Positions 27,901 through 35,462 of a DNA stretch of 64,000 nt are shown in pieces. The stretch is from Gemmatimonadota bacterium (GTDB lineage Bacteria > Gemmatimonadota > Gemmatimonadetes > Longimicrobiales > RSA9): assembly GCA_039715185.1 (NCBI GenBank), contig JBDLIA010000005.1, positions 6,587-70,586 of the forward strand, given 5' to 3'. The notes under the pieces are model-generated. The model made no database searches. It was not told where the DNA came from and worked only from the letters and a program-made list of their open reading frames with translations. The translations under genes were made by a program, and so were the position numbers. Each line of letters opens with the position of its first letter. Position 1 is the first letter of the stretch.

Positions 27901-30900
27901 GACCGTGAGCCGTACGTGCCGGATGAAACGCCACGTGGACTCGTTGGCGCCGCCCACGGCCTCGGCGAGGCCCGCGCGCAGCGGCACCCGGTACAGCTCG
28001 AAGTTGGTCCCCGTCTGGCTGCGATCGCGCACCAGGAAGGGCGACTCTTCGCCCAGCGGCACCGTGAAGCGGAAGTGCGCACCGTCCGAGGACAGCAGCG
28101 CCCCGTTTCCGTCCAGGTCCTCGGAATCGTTCAGGCCGTTGCCGCGCGTGCAGTTGGCCCCGAGCGAGCCGATGGCGAACACCGACTGCCGATCGCCCTC
28201 GCATTCCTGGTTCCACAGCCCACGGGCGTCCAGCGAGTCGCCCCACACGGCGAAGCCCAGCTCGGCCTCCTGATCCAGGATGCCCTGTCCCCACGGCTCC
28301 CCGTCGGGGTACGCGCCGCTCAGGTTGCCGAGCCCATCGAACACGAAGGCGTCCTCGCTGACCGTGCCGATGTCCCAGATGAAGGCGAAGTCGACGCCGT
28401 CGTCGCGGCGCACGTAGAACTCCAGGAACTCGCTCTGCGTCAGATCCCGGCCGCTGGTGGACAGCACGGTCGTGATCGACCTCCAGGAGCGCTGGCCGAA
28501 GGGGAGCGTGTCCGTGATCACCATGAACATCGCGGGCTCGCCCGTGTCGGTGCCTATCACGTTGAGACTGCGGTCTATGTCCACGGACCGGATGCGGCCT
28601 CCCACCTGGCCGGTCGCGGGGTCGAGGATCTGGCTCTGCCAGGTCAGCGAGCCGGCGTTGTCGGTCCCCAGGCTCGTCGGCAGGAACGTCCCGGCGCCAG
28701 GCGTCCAGGACGGCGCCGATCCCCACCGCCAGGAGTTGCTGATGGTCGACAACAAAGCCTCGTTGGTGGCCTCGAAGTCATCCAGGAACGTGTCGCCCTG
28801 GCTGTTCGGGTTGGGCGTGGACATGGCCACTTCCCCGGTCAGCCGGATCGCCGACCTGCCCGCGGTCCGCAGCCCGGGAATCGCCCCCATCGCCCGATCC
28901 AGAAACGAGCTCGGCAAATCCAGGTCGCCGGTCACGCCACCCACGAACAGCGCCCCCGCCTCCAGCCCGAGCTGCGGGCGGTTCACCAGCGAGCGCTCCG
29001 ACTGGAAGATGCCCAGCACGTTGATCTGGCCGAGCTGCCCCGCCTGGTAGCGCGCGTTCATGCCGAAGACGCTCTTGGGCGCGATCTGGAACAGCGGCTG
29101 CTGCTCCCAGGTGGCGCGGAGCTGGGCGTTGGGACTGCCGCCGAAGATGGCGTCCGGGTTGACCAGATTGAGGGTGCCCACCTCGTAGTCGATGGTGTAA
29201 TCCTCGCCGGCGATCAGGCGCTGGCTGCCCACGAAGATGCGCTCGCTACCCTCGCGGATCCCGATCGCGCCCAGATTGAACGACGACTTGGTGCCGCCCG
29301 CGGAGCGAACCCGGTAGGTGAAGTTCAGCCGGAAGCGGGAACCGTTGGCGCGGTCGATGGGGTCCGGGTCGTCGTAGATGACGAGGTTGGCGTTCTGGCC
29401 CAGCAGCGACGCGGCGTCGTCCGCTCCAAGTCCCAGGCTGACCACCGGCCCGGGGCGCGCGAAGGGCTCCAGGGTGGGGAACATCACGAAGACGCCGCTG
29501 ACCTTGGCGTCCTGCCCGAACAGCTCCTGCGGCCGGAACAGCTGCGCCTCGTCCACCTCGTCCACGGGGTTGTCTTCGTCCAGGCCGAAGAAGCGAAGGT
29601 AGGTGGCGCGGGTGCCGTCGTTGGTGGTGATGAACGTAGCCCCCGCCGACTCCTCGCCGAGGGAAATGGTCAGCGCGACGCTACCCCTCTCGACCTCGTT
29701 GGAGGAATCGACGCGGTAGACGTTGTGCATCTCCTGCCGCCAGGTCGGGCGACCCGGCTGGTGGATGTCCTCCGGCCCGCGCAGCAGGAGCAGCTCCGGA
29801 GTGGTGCCTTGAGCGGACACGGTCTCGGCGTTGAGCGTGCCGATGGTGTCGCCCGTCTCGGTCACGTAGGCGATCGCCAGCGCTTCGGCCGCCGTGAGGC
29901 GCGAGCGAAGCACGATCCACAGGCCGCTGGAGTGTATTTCGAAGTCCTCGGTCGGCTCGAGTTGGCGAAACAGGCCCGCGTGCTCCACCCTGTCGGCGCC
30001 TTCGCCGGCCACCGCCAGGGCCCTGAAAAGGTTCTGATCCGCCTGCTGGGCCGCCGTGAGGTTGCCCGCGCCCTCCGCGCGATACACCTGGATCCCGAAC
30101 GCTCCGCTGGGGCGGACGACGGCGGGCACGTCCAGGGGCTGGAGGGCCAGCGCGTCGACGTGGGGGGCTCCCGCGAGGCTGTCGGGCGGCACGAGGTAGA
30201 AGAAGAGTCCCGACAGGAAGGTCTCGTCGTCCCAGACCACGGTCTGGTCCAGCACGACATCGTCGCCCGTGCCCCCGCCGCCGAAGACGAACTCGCGCTC
30301 GGTGATGTCGCCCTTCTGCTGCGCCCACACCGCCTGGAAATCGATGGGGCCCAGTTGGCCCTCCGCCTTGAAGCCGAAGTTGCCGGCGGGAACGCCCTGG
30401 GTCATGTAGCGCGACCGCGGCAGACGCAGGTTCACGTCGCCCACCTCCACGCGCCGCAGAACTTCGTCCTCGAACCCCTGATAAAAGACGTTGATGTTGT
30501 TGGTCGCGTCGAATTCCCGCGCCTGGTCGAAATCGACGTCGACGTGGACGCGCTCGGAGATGGTGCCGCCGACCTGTAGCTGGAACTGGACGTCCGGACT
30601 CAGGCGAGGCACGAGCCCGGACTCACACTTGAGAGCGACGAAGATGTTGCAGGGCTCGATCTTGTTCCACTCCCCCTTCATGTCGGTTCGGCCACGCAGC
30701 CGAATACCCAGGTTGCGCAGCTCCCCCAGCGCTCCCGGTAGCTGCGGCCCGACGGAAGTCGTGTCGGCCTCGATGACTGGCTCGCGAACGAGGTACACGA
30801 CGCTGTCACCGGGAAGAGTGTCGCCGGGCGCCACGGTGGGCCCGGGCGTCTGCGGCGCCGGGCGGGCCCCGATCGGAGGGGGCGCCGGCGGCTGGTCCAC

Positions 30901-31413
30901 TTCCACGTCCCCGTCGCGGCGCCCCGCCCTGCGGGAGTCCTCGTTGGCGCGGTCGTCCACGTCCGCCTCGCGCTGAGCGCGCCGGGCGGCAGCAGCCGCC
31001 CGGGCGGCAGCGGTGTCGGCGGCCGCGTCCGCGGCGGAGTCGGGCGCGACCGCGGCTCCCCGCGCTCCCGCGTCGGGCACGGACACGGGCGCCGCTCCAC
31101 CGGCCCGAGCCATCCGCTCGCCCGCGCGCGGTCCGTCTCCCAGCCGCGGCACCCGCGGCTGCGGCAGGCGCGCTTCGGCCAACCGCCTCCATGCGGTCGC
31201 CCAGTCCGCGAAGCGGGGCCAGAGATCGGGCCTGGTCCAGCCGGGCACGGCGGGCACCGTCACGACGAACGGCGTCTCGAGTGTCGCCAGTCCCAGCCTG
31301 GGGCCCTGCGGAGCCTCACCGAGCGCCGGGTGTAGGAGTCGCGGCAGCCGGACCGTATCGCCCGCTACACGCACGTCCTGGGCGGAGGAGGAGGAGGGCA
31401 CCCCGATGGACAC
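24940..31413 (-). CDS. sprA: SprA-like giant cell-surface/outer-membrane protein (T9SS translocon Sov/SprA family)
   Basis: 2157 aa. After an Ala/Arg/Pro-rich region comes the SprA-type N-terminal block (NINVFYQGFEDEVLRRVEVGDVNLRLPRSRYMTQGVPAGNFGFKAEGQLGPIDFQAVWAQQKGD), then a long beta-rich sequence. The true start is probably upstream of GTG 31413 (see finding). Confidence 0.8.
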   Translation of the reverse strand: MSIGVPSSSSAQDVRVAGDTVRLPRLLHPALGEAPQGPRLGLATLETPFVVTVPAVPGWTRPDLWPRFADWATAWRRLAEARLPQPRVPRLGDGPRAGERMARAGGAAPVSVPDAGARGAAVAPDSAADAAADTAAARAAAAARRAQREADVDDRANEDSRRAGRRDGDVEVDQPPAPPPIGARPAPQTPGPTVAPGDTLPGDSVVYLVREPVIEADTTSVGPQLPGALGELRNLGIRLRGRTDMKGEWNKIEPCNIFVALKCESGLVPRLSPDVQFQLQVGGTISERVHVDVDFDQAREFDATNNINVFYQGFEDEVLRRVEVGDVNLRLPRSRYMTQGVPAGNFGFKAEGQLGPIDFQAVWAQQKGDITEREFVFGGGGTGDDVVLDQTVVWDDETFLSGLFFYLVPPDSLAGAPHVDALALQPLDVPAVVRPSGAFGIQVYRAEGAGNLTAAQQADQNLFRALAVAGEGADRVEHAGLFRQLEPTEDFEIHSSGLWIVLRSRLTAAEALAIAYVTETGDTIGTLNAETVSAQGTTPELLLLRGPEDIHQPGRPTWRQEMHNVYRVDSSNEVERGSVALTISLGEESAGATFITTNDGTRATYLRFFGLDEDNPVDEVDEAQLFRPQELFGQDAKVSGVFVMFPTLEPFARPGPVVSLGLGADDAASLLGQNANLVIYDDPDPIDRANGSRFRLNFTYRVRSAGGTKSSFNLGAIGIREGSERIFVGSQRLIAGEDYTIDYEVGTLNLVNPDAIFGGSPNAQLRATWEQQPLFQIAPKSVFGMNARYQAGQLGQINVLGIFQSERSLVNRPQLGLEAGALFVGGVTGDLDLPSSFLDRAMGAIPGLRTAGRSAIRLTGEVAMSTPNPNSQGDTFLDDFEATNEALLSTISNSWRWGSAPSWTPGAGTFLPTSLGTDNAGSLTWQSQILDPATGQVGGRIRSVDIDRSLNVIGTDTGEPAMFMVITDTLPFGQRSWRSITTVLSTSGRDLTQSEFLEFYVRRDDGVDFAFIWDIGTVSEDAFVFDGLGNLSGAYPDGEPWGQGILDQEAELGFAVWGDSLDARGLWNQECEGDRQSVFAIGSLGANCTRGNGLNDSEDLDGNGALLSSDGAHFRFTVPLGEESPFLVRDRSQTGTNFELYRVPLRAGLAEAVGGANESTWRFIRHVRLTVSVDDPNQSAPVITLARPKLLGGRWPKREGHGLIDGLTGAGEGASSGSAAVSVAPVSRVNEPAYVSPPNTSDRAQDVTAGVGTSRQEINEKGLRLTYQDVGPGERGEVFFRYLNRPRDLLEYQRVRMWALPRAGNFGDGGDQSLLIKFGTDGSNYYLRRTRLSEPVTSDALGRGDWVDVPMDFQEWKDLRVMAEDSLIRRVAPPDPNGPIVVGSGDIVPDPGTAAGDGRIEIWNADSTYAVVLQDRARAPNLASIRELSLAVFNGGDFPSSGEVWFNELRLDQPDTRSGVATDVNLAINAADFMSANVSFSSESERFQRGLDSRPDFEADRTLSVNSRMQLGNFAPSSWGLDLPVQVAHARTDTDPFFLNRSDITARGLEGLREIGSRTTNVGVSLRKATPTANPWVSAVVDGLSLNANWRSSESSASTTRSEASGFTAGAGYNRRPGAREFDPTPTFLEDALRWVLPGFVERSTIFRNFTEARFRWSPSALTLQTTFQDTEARTFRFDKILELPDDTLFAPTSSPARSLRSQARIGLQPFRSMDATFAITSNRDLLEPFLATQSGAVQAALEQERGEFLGLGVGWERNRSMSTGFNFNPELFEWLRPGLSWNTQYSADRNPSFVAFEVQDEDSVARLQRQFRGQRALGRQFSFSPSVLGAVLLGTAGEDAGLLRRGLVGLISRLDDIDLRWQDGLSSQFDRNLASPEVGYQFGFGDLEDFRTVGGSVARTVRETGSFSVDGGFDLPLGSALSVGYQTGDSRALADRGGDQDTESRTWPDVNWRWSRVPVPGFLRGKVGSMNLSAGFRVTERQNRFGSTTQSRTSEDTSVPLRFSMSLLNGMSVNYNGSLSEGVSKDPTGETQRRNDRHNVEMRGSLDAPEAWESFSQPIHATLGYRRDSQFSCRTRFAGQTEEADTCTATSDFVTQTLSVQLDTVLNRINLGANLSYTDRQSSTGIREGNRQVLFTLFGQFDFQFGRFPSAVGLRR

Positions 31414-31637
31414 GAGCGCCAGCAGGACACACGTCCACGGGACGCGCGTGCGCGCGCGCTCATGCGCCTGGGTGGCGGCCGGGGAGCGTCTCGGTGAAAT
31501 CTTCAGACCTGCGGCGGCTCTGGGAGTCGCTTGTCGCTCGGAGAAGCCCGGAATATGCTAAGGTTCATCGCTCCCTTCAACGCCCCTCCCGTGTGGCGCG
31601 GAAGCGCTCCGGAATACGACCATCAAACGCGTCTGCC

Positions 31638-33368
31638 ATGTCGATTCTGACGCGCTACATATTGAGGGCGCACGTCGCTCCGTTCTTCTTCGCGCTCTCC
31701 GTGCTGACGACCATCATCTTCGTCAACACGGTGGCCAAGCGCATCGAGAATGAACTGGCCGGCAAAGGCTTGGACCCGGATGTGATCCTCGAGGTCCTCG
31801 CCCTGTCGCTTCCGCACGTCGTGGCGCTCACCCTGCCGATGGCGGTGCTGGTCGCGGTACTCTACGCATTCAGCGCGCTCGCCGCCGACAACGAGATGGC
31901 CGCGCTCAAGGCGAGCGGCGTCGACCTGCGCCGTCTGCTCGGGCCGCCGCTCGCGGCAGCGACGCTGGTGTGCGCCGGCATGATCGTGTTCAATGACAGC
32001 ATTCTGCCCGCCACGAATCACCGACTCGCGGGGCTCATTCAGGACATCAACCGCAAGAGCCCCACGCTCATGCTGCGCGAGCAGGTTCTGAACGAAATAA
32101 AGGCCGGCGATTTTGGCGCGAGTACGTACTACTTGAAGGCGGGCCGCATCGAGCAGGGCACCAACCGCCTGTGGGACGTAGTCATCTACGATCTCGCCGA
32201 GCCGAACCGCCGCCGCACGATCTACGCCGACAGCGGCAAGATGGCTTTTAACCGGGAGCTGACGGATCTGTTCCTGACGCTGGAGGATGGCGTGATGTAC
32301 GAATCGGAGCGCCTATCGCCGCAGCGCCTCCAGCGGGCGGACTTCACCAGACAACTCGTGCGCATTGAGGGGGTCGGTACGCAGTTCGAGCGCCAGGACG
32401 ACCGCAGCTTCAAGTCCGACCGCGAGATGAACCTGGATGAGTTGGCCGAGGTAGTCGCGGAGAGCCGCGTCGAATACGAGAAGGCCCGCGGTCAAGCCCT
32501 GGCCAAGGCGCGCGCGTCGCTGGAGGCGGCGCTCACCGGCGCGGCCTCGCTGGACGCCGGCGCGGGGCCAGGAGCGAGCGACGCCCCGCGCATAACGGAG
32601 CCCGGCGCCGGGGCCCGGCGAACGGGGGCACCGCTCGACTCACGGCTGCGCGAGCCCGGCTCCGAGCCGGTGCGAGGGGATCCGGGGCAGATCGCGCTGC
32701 GGGATCCGAGCGCCGGCGCCGCGATACCGGGCGACGCCTTCGAAACCGGACCGCTCTCGAGGTTGCGCGCGCGCGCGGCCGCCGGTGATGTCGCCGACCC
32801 CGCCACCTCCGGCCAACCAGCGGCCTCCCAGGCCACGCGGGAGCGACCTGCACAGGACGCTCGCCGCGACCTGGAGCGAGTGCGCACCGTACGGCCCACC
32901 CCCGAAACCGACGCGGTCGTGCGGGAGGCGACGTCGCGGCTGATGCAGTGGTCGGCGACCGCCGATACGCACCTGGCGCGGGTGCGCCAGTACGAAGTGG
33001 AGTTCTGGAAGAAGTTCGCGATCCCCGCGGCTTGCATCGTGTTCGTGCTCATCGGCGCCCCCATCGGCGTCCGCTTTCCGCGCGGAGGGGTGGGTATGGT
33101 CGTGCTGGTCTCGCTCGCGGTGTTCGCGGTCTACTACGCCGGCCTGATAGGCGGCGAATCGCTCGCCGACGAGGGCATCCTGTCGCCCGCGTGGGCGATG
33201 TGGAGCGCCAACCTGATCTTCTTCGTGATCGGGCTCTGGGCGGTCTCGCGCATCGGCAGGGAGTCGGCCACCTCGCGGGGCGGCGGCTGGGACGACCTGG
33301 CGAACGCGCTCAAGCAGGTCGTCGCTTGGCCCCTCGGCGTAGCCCGCACGCGGGGAGGTCGCGCGTGA
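31638..33368 (+). CDS. lptF: LptF/LptG-family (YjgP/YjgQ) LPS export permease, with long low-complexity insertion
   Basis: Start at ATG 31638: MSILTRYILRAHVAPFFFALSVLTTIIFV. The ORF-track extension back to 31191 is Arg/Pro-rich, overlaps the divergent spacer, and is rejected. The C-terminal TM bundle is typical. Confidence 0.85.
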   Translation: MSILTRYILRAHVAPFFFALSVLTTIIFVNTVAKRIENELAGKGLDPDVILEVLALSLPHVVALTLPMAVLVAVLYAFSALAADNEMAALKASGVDLRRLLGPPLAAATLVCAGMIVFNDSILPATNHRLAGLIQDINRKSPTLMLREQVLNEIKAGDFGASTYYLKAGRIEQGTNRLWDVVIYDLAEPNRRRTIYADSGKMAFNRELTDLFLTLEDGVMYESERLSPQRLQRADFTRQLVRIEGVGTQFERQDDRSFKSDREMNLDELAEVVAESRVEYEKARGQALAKARASLEAALTGAASLDAGAGPGASDAPRITEPGAGARRTGAPLDSRLREPGSEPVRGDPGQIALRDPSAGAAIPGDAFETGPLSRLRARAAAGDVADPATSGQPAASQATRERPAQDARRDLERVRTVRPTPETDAVVREATSRLMQWSATADTHLARVRQYEVEFWKKFAIPAACIVFVLIGAPIGVRFPRGGVGMVVLVSLAVFAVYYAGLIGGESLADEGILSPAWAMWSANLIFFVIGLWAVSRIGRESATSRGGGWDDLANALKQVVAWPLGVARTRGGRA

Positions 33369-34456
33369 TCGGGCCGTTCCGCGTGCTCGTCCTGGACCGC
33401 TACGTCGTGCGGCAGTTCCTGCGGCTCTTTCTGACCTTCGCCCTTGCCGCTCCGCTGCTGTTCATCGTCTTCGACCTGACCGACAACCTGGACCGCATGC
33501 TGGACCGCGGCCTGGGCGCGGGCGAGGTCGCGCTGTCTTACGTCTACCAGTACCCGCAGTTCGTGCTGTGGGCGTTCCCCATCGCCGCGCTGATGGCGAC
33601 CGTCTTCACGGTCAACGGCATGGCGCGGCATTTCGAGGTAACCGCCGCCAAGGCGGGTGGCATGAGCTTCCGGCGGCTATTCGTCACGCTGCCGCTGCTG
33701 GGCATCCTGCTGACCGGAGCCGGGCTCGCGCTGGGCGAACTCGTGCCGCGCACCACCCGCCTACGAGCCGAGGTGCTGGGACAACGCCCGCGCCTGGTGG
33801 GCGGACGCACCAACTTCGTCTGGGAAGGCGACTGGACCGGTACGCTCGTCGTGCCGCGACTGGACGCCGAGAACGGACGGCTCCACAACCCCAGCATAGA
33901 GCGCGAGGGCGACGGTGAGCGCTCTCCCACGATACAAGTGGTGGCAGAGGCCGCCACGTATCGCGTCTCGCGCGCCGATTGGGACGTGGAGAACGGCCGC
34001 ATGCGCGTGCTGTGGAAGGACGGCGCGGAGCGCGCCTTCCGTTTCGACCGCTTGCGCTGGCGGGGGTTCACGCAGACCCCGGAGGAGTTGCTCGCGCGCG
34101 CCAAGGATCCCGAAGAGATGAGCTACCGTGAGCTGCAACGCTTCATCCAGGCCAGCGAGCGCGCGGGTGGCCAGCCGCGCAAACTGAAGGTCGAGTTGGG
34201 TGAGAAGCTGGCGATCCCGGTGACCACGCTGGTGATCATCCTGTTCGGAACCCCTCTGGCGACGGCCGCGCCACGCGCGGGGGCGGCGTTCGGGGTGGGC
34301 ATCTCGCTGATCATCACGATCAGCTATCTCATGCTGTTCCGGCTCACCGGAGCCATGGGCGCGGCGGGCCAGATCCAGCCCGAGCTCGCGCCCTGGATCC
34401 CCAACGTCCTGTTCTTCGTGGCCGCGCTCGGCCTCACCGCCCGGGTGCGCACCTAG
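33365..34456 (+). CDS. lptG: LptF/LptG-family LPS export permease
   Basis: GTGA overlap with the previous gene. VLVLDRYVVRQFLRLFLTFALAAPLLFIVFDLTDNLD, a periplasmic beta-jellyroll-sized middle part, and a C-terminal TM bundle. Confidence 0.88.
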   Translation: MIGPFRVLVLDRYVVRQFLRLFLTFALAAPLLFIVFDLTDNLDRMLDRGLGAGEVALSYVYQYPQFVLWAFPIAALMATVFTVNGMARHFEVTAAKAGGMSFRRLFVTLPLLGILLTGAGLALGELVPRTTRLRAEVLGQRPRLVGGRTNFVWEGDWTGTLVVPRLDAENGRLHNPSIEREGDGERSPTIQVVAEAATYRVSRADWDVENGRMRVLWKDGAERAFRFDRLRWRGFTQTPEELLARAKDPEEMSYRELQRFIQASERAGGQPRKLKVELGEKLAIPVTTLVIILFGTPLATAAPRAGAAFGVGISLIITISYLMLFRLTGAMGAAGQIQPELAPWIPNVLFFVAALGLTARVRT

Positions 34457-34493
34457 TGTACCGTTGCACACTAGTGGACTGTAACAGTCCACT
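34453..34493. repeat. composite CTAG-delimited palindromic unit: 22-mer CTAGTGTACCGTTGCACACTAG + hairpin GTGGACTGT-A-ACAGTCCAC
   Basis: It fills the lptG/dapF convergent gap exactly. The lptG TAG stop (34454-34456) lies inside the first CTAG. The 22-mer is identical to 45720-45741. Confidence 0.9.
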
Positions 34494-35462
34494 CTAAGCG
34501 CCGCCCGAGGCGGGGTCGCGCCGTACCAGCCACCCGGCCAGAACCGCCCCCGGCACTTCCGCGTCGTAGACCAGCTGGGCGGGTCCGCGCAGCCGCAGGC
34601 GGAAGCTCCCATCCACGTCGACACGTACTTCTCCACCGGGCATGCGTACGCGCACCGAGCCCGGGTCCAGCATCCCCTTGCGCACCAGCGTGGCCGCCAC
34701 CGCACACGCGCTCGACCCGGACGCCAGCGTCTCGCCGGCGCCGCGCTCCCAGATCCACGCTTCGGCCGTGTGCCGATCGACGGGGCGCGCGAACTGGACG
34801 TTCGTGCCCTCGCGGAAGGCACGGTGAACGGCCAGGGCGGGACCGCGCGCCTCGAAGTCGACGCGTTCAAAGGCGTCGATCAGGACCACGCAGTGAGGAT
34901 TGCCCAGCGACACCGTGTTGATCAAGGCGGAGCCGGCGTCTCCCAGGTCCAGCGGCTCGTCGTCCACCGCGCCGACGCGCGTCTCGAAGCCGACCGAGCC
35001 GCCGCGAAAATCGGCCGCGCCCATGTCGACCTCGATATCCAGAGCGCCGGCGCCGGCCTTGCCGAGCACGCGCACTGTGACCGAGTCTTTCGGCAGGGCC
35101 ACGTCGAACGGGTCCGAGCCCACCAGGCCCCGGCCGTGAAGCCAGGCGCAGAATATGCGCAGCCCGTTGCCGCTCTTTTCGGCGCCCGTGCCGTCGGGGT
35201 TCCAGATGCGCAGACCGAACGGGCGCCTGTCCGTCCAGGCGACGAGAACGCCGTCGCTGCCGAGGCCCGTGTGACGATCGCACAGGGCGCGCGCGAGGTC
35301 GACGCTCATGCCGCCATGGTCGCCCGCGCCGGAGCGTGGGTTCGCGTCGCCCACGCGACCCGACTCGGCGGCGCCCCCCAGCGCCGCGCGCAGCTCACCG
35401 GCGTCGATCACCAGGTAGTCGTTGCCCAGCGCCTGGCCCTTGGCGACTCGCAGCGGGCTCAC
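34494..35462 (-). CDS. dapF: diaminopimelate epimerase
   Basis: GNDYLVID N-terminal motif. Both catalytic Cys contexts are present (SLGNPHCVV; ASGSSACAVA). GTG 35462 overlaps the upstream stop (GTGA). ATG 35510 is an alternative start. Confidence 0.9.
   Translation of the reverse strand: MSPLRVAKGQALGNDYLVIDAGELRAALGGAAESGRVGDANPRSGAGDHGGMSVDLARALCDRHTGLGSDGVLVAWTDRRPFGLRIWNPDGTGAEKSGNGLRIFCAWLHGRGLVGSDPFDVALPKDSVTVRVLGKAGAGALDIEVDMGAADFRGGSVGFETRVGAVDDEPLDLGDAGSALINTVSLGNPHCVVLIDAFERVDFEARGPALAVHRAFREGTNVQFARPVDRHTAEAWIWERGAGETLASGSSACAVAATLVRKGMLDPGSVRVRMPGGEVRVDVDGSFRLRLRGPAQLVYDAEVPGAVLAGWLVRRDPASGGA

Noticed and set aside
25981-30579. Very long antisense ORFs: 1532 aa opposite sprA, plus 52747..55608 and 53199..55805 opposite or alongside metH, 12370..14934 and 13973..15574 over narG, and 39881..42064 and 40269..41735 over menD.
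   Set aside because: Their translations are Arg/Ala/Gly/Pro-rich low-complexity sequence, typical of stop-poor alternative frames in GC-rich DNA. Each is fully covered by a gene with strong family signatures in another frame.
31191-31637. A 149-codon upstream extension of the lptF ORF (the track start at 31191).
   Set aside because: The translation is Arg/Pro/Ala-rich with no signal or TM character, and it runs antisense into the 5' end of the divergent sprA gene. The canonical LptF N-terminus begins at ATG 31638.
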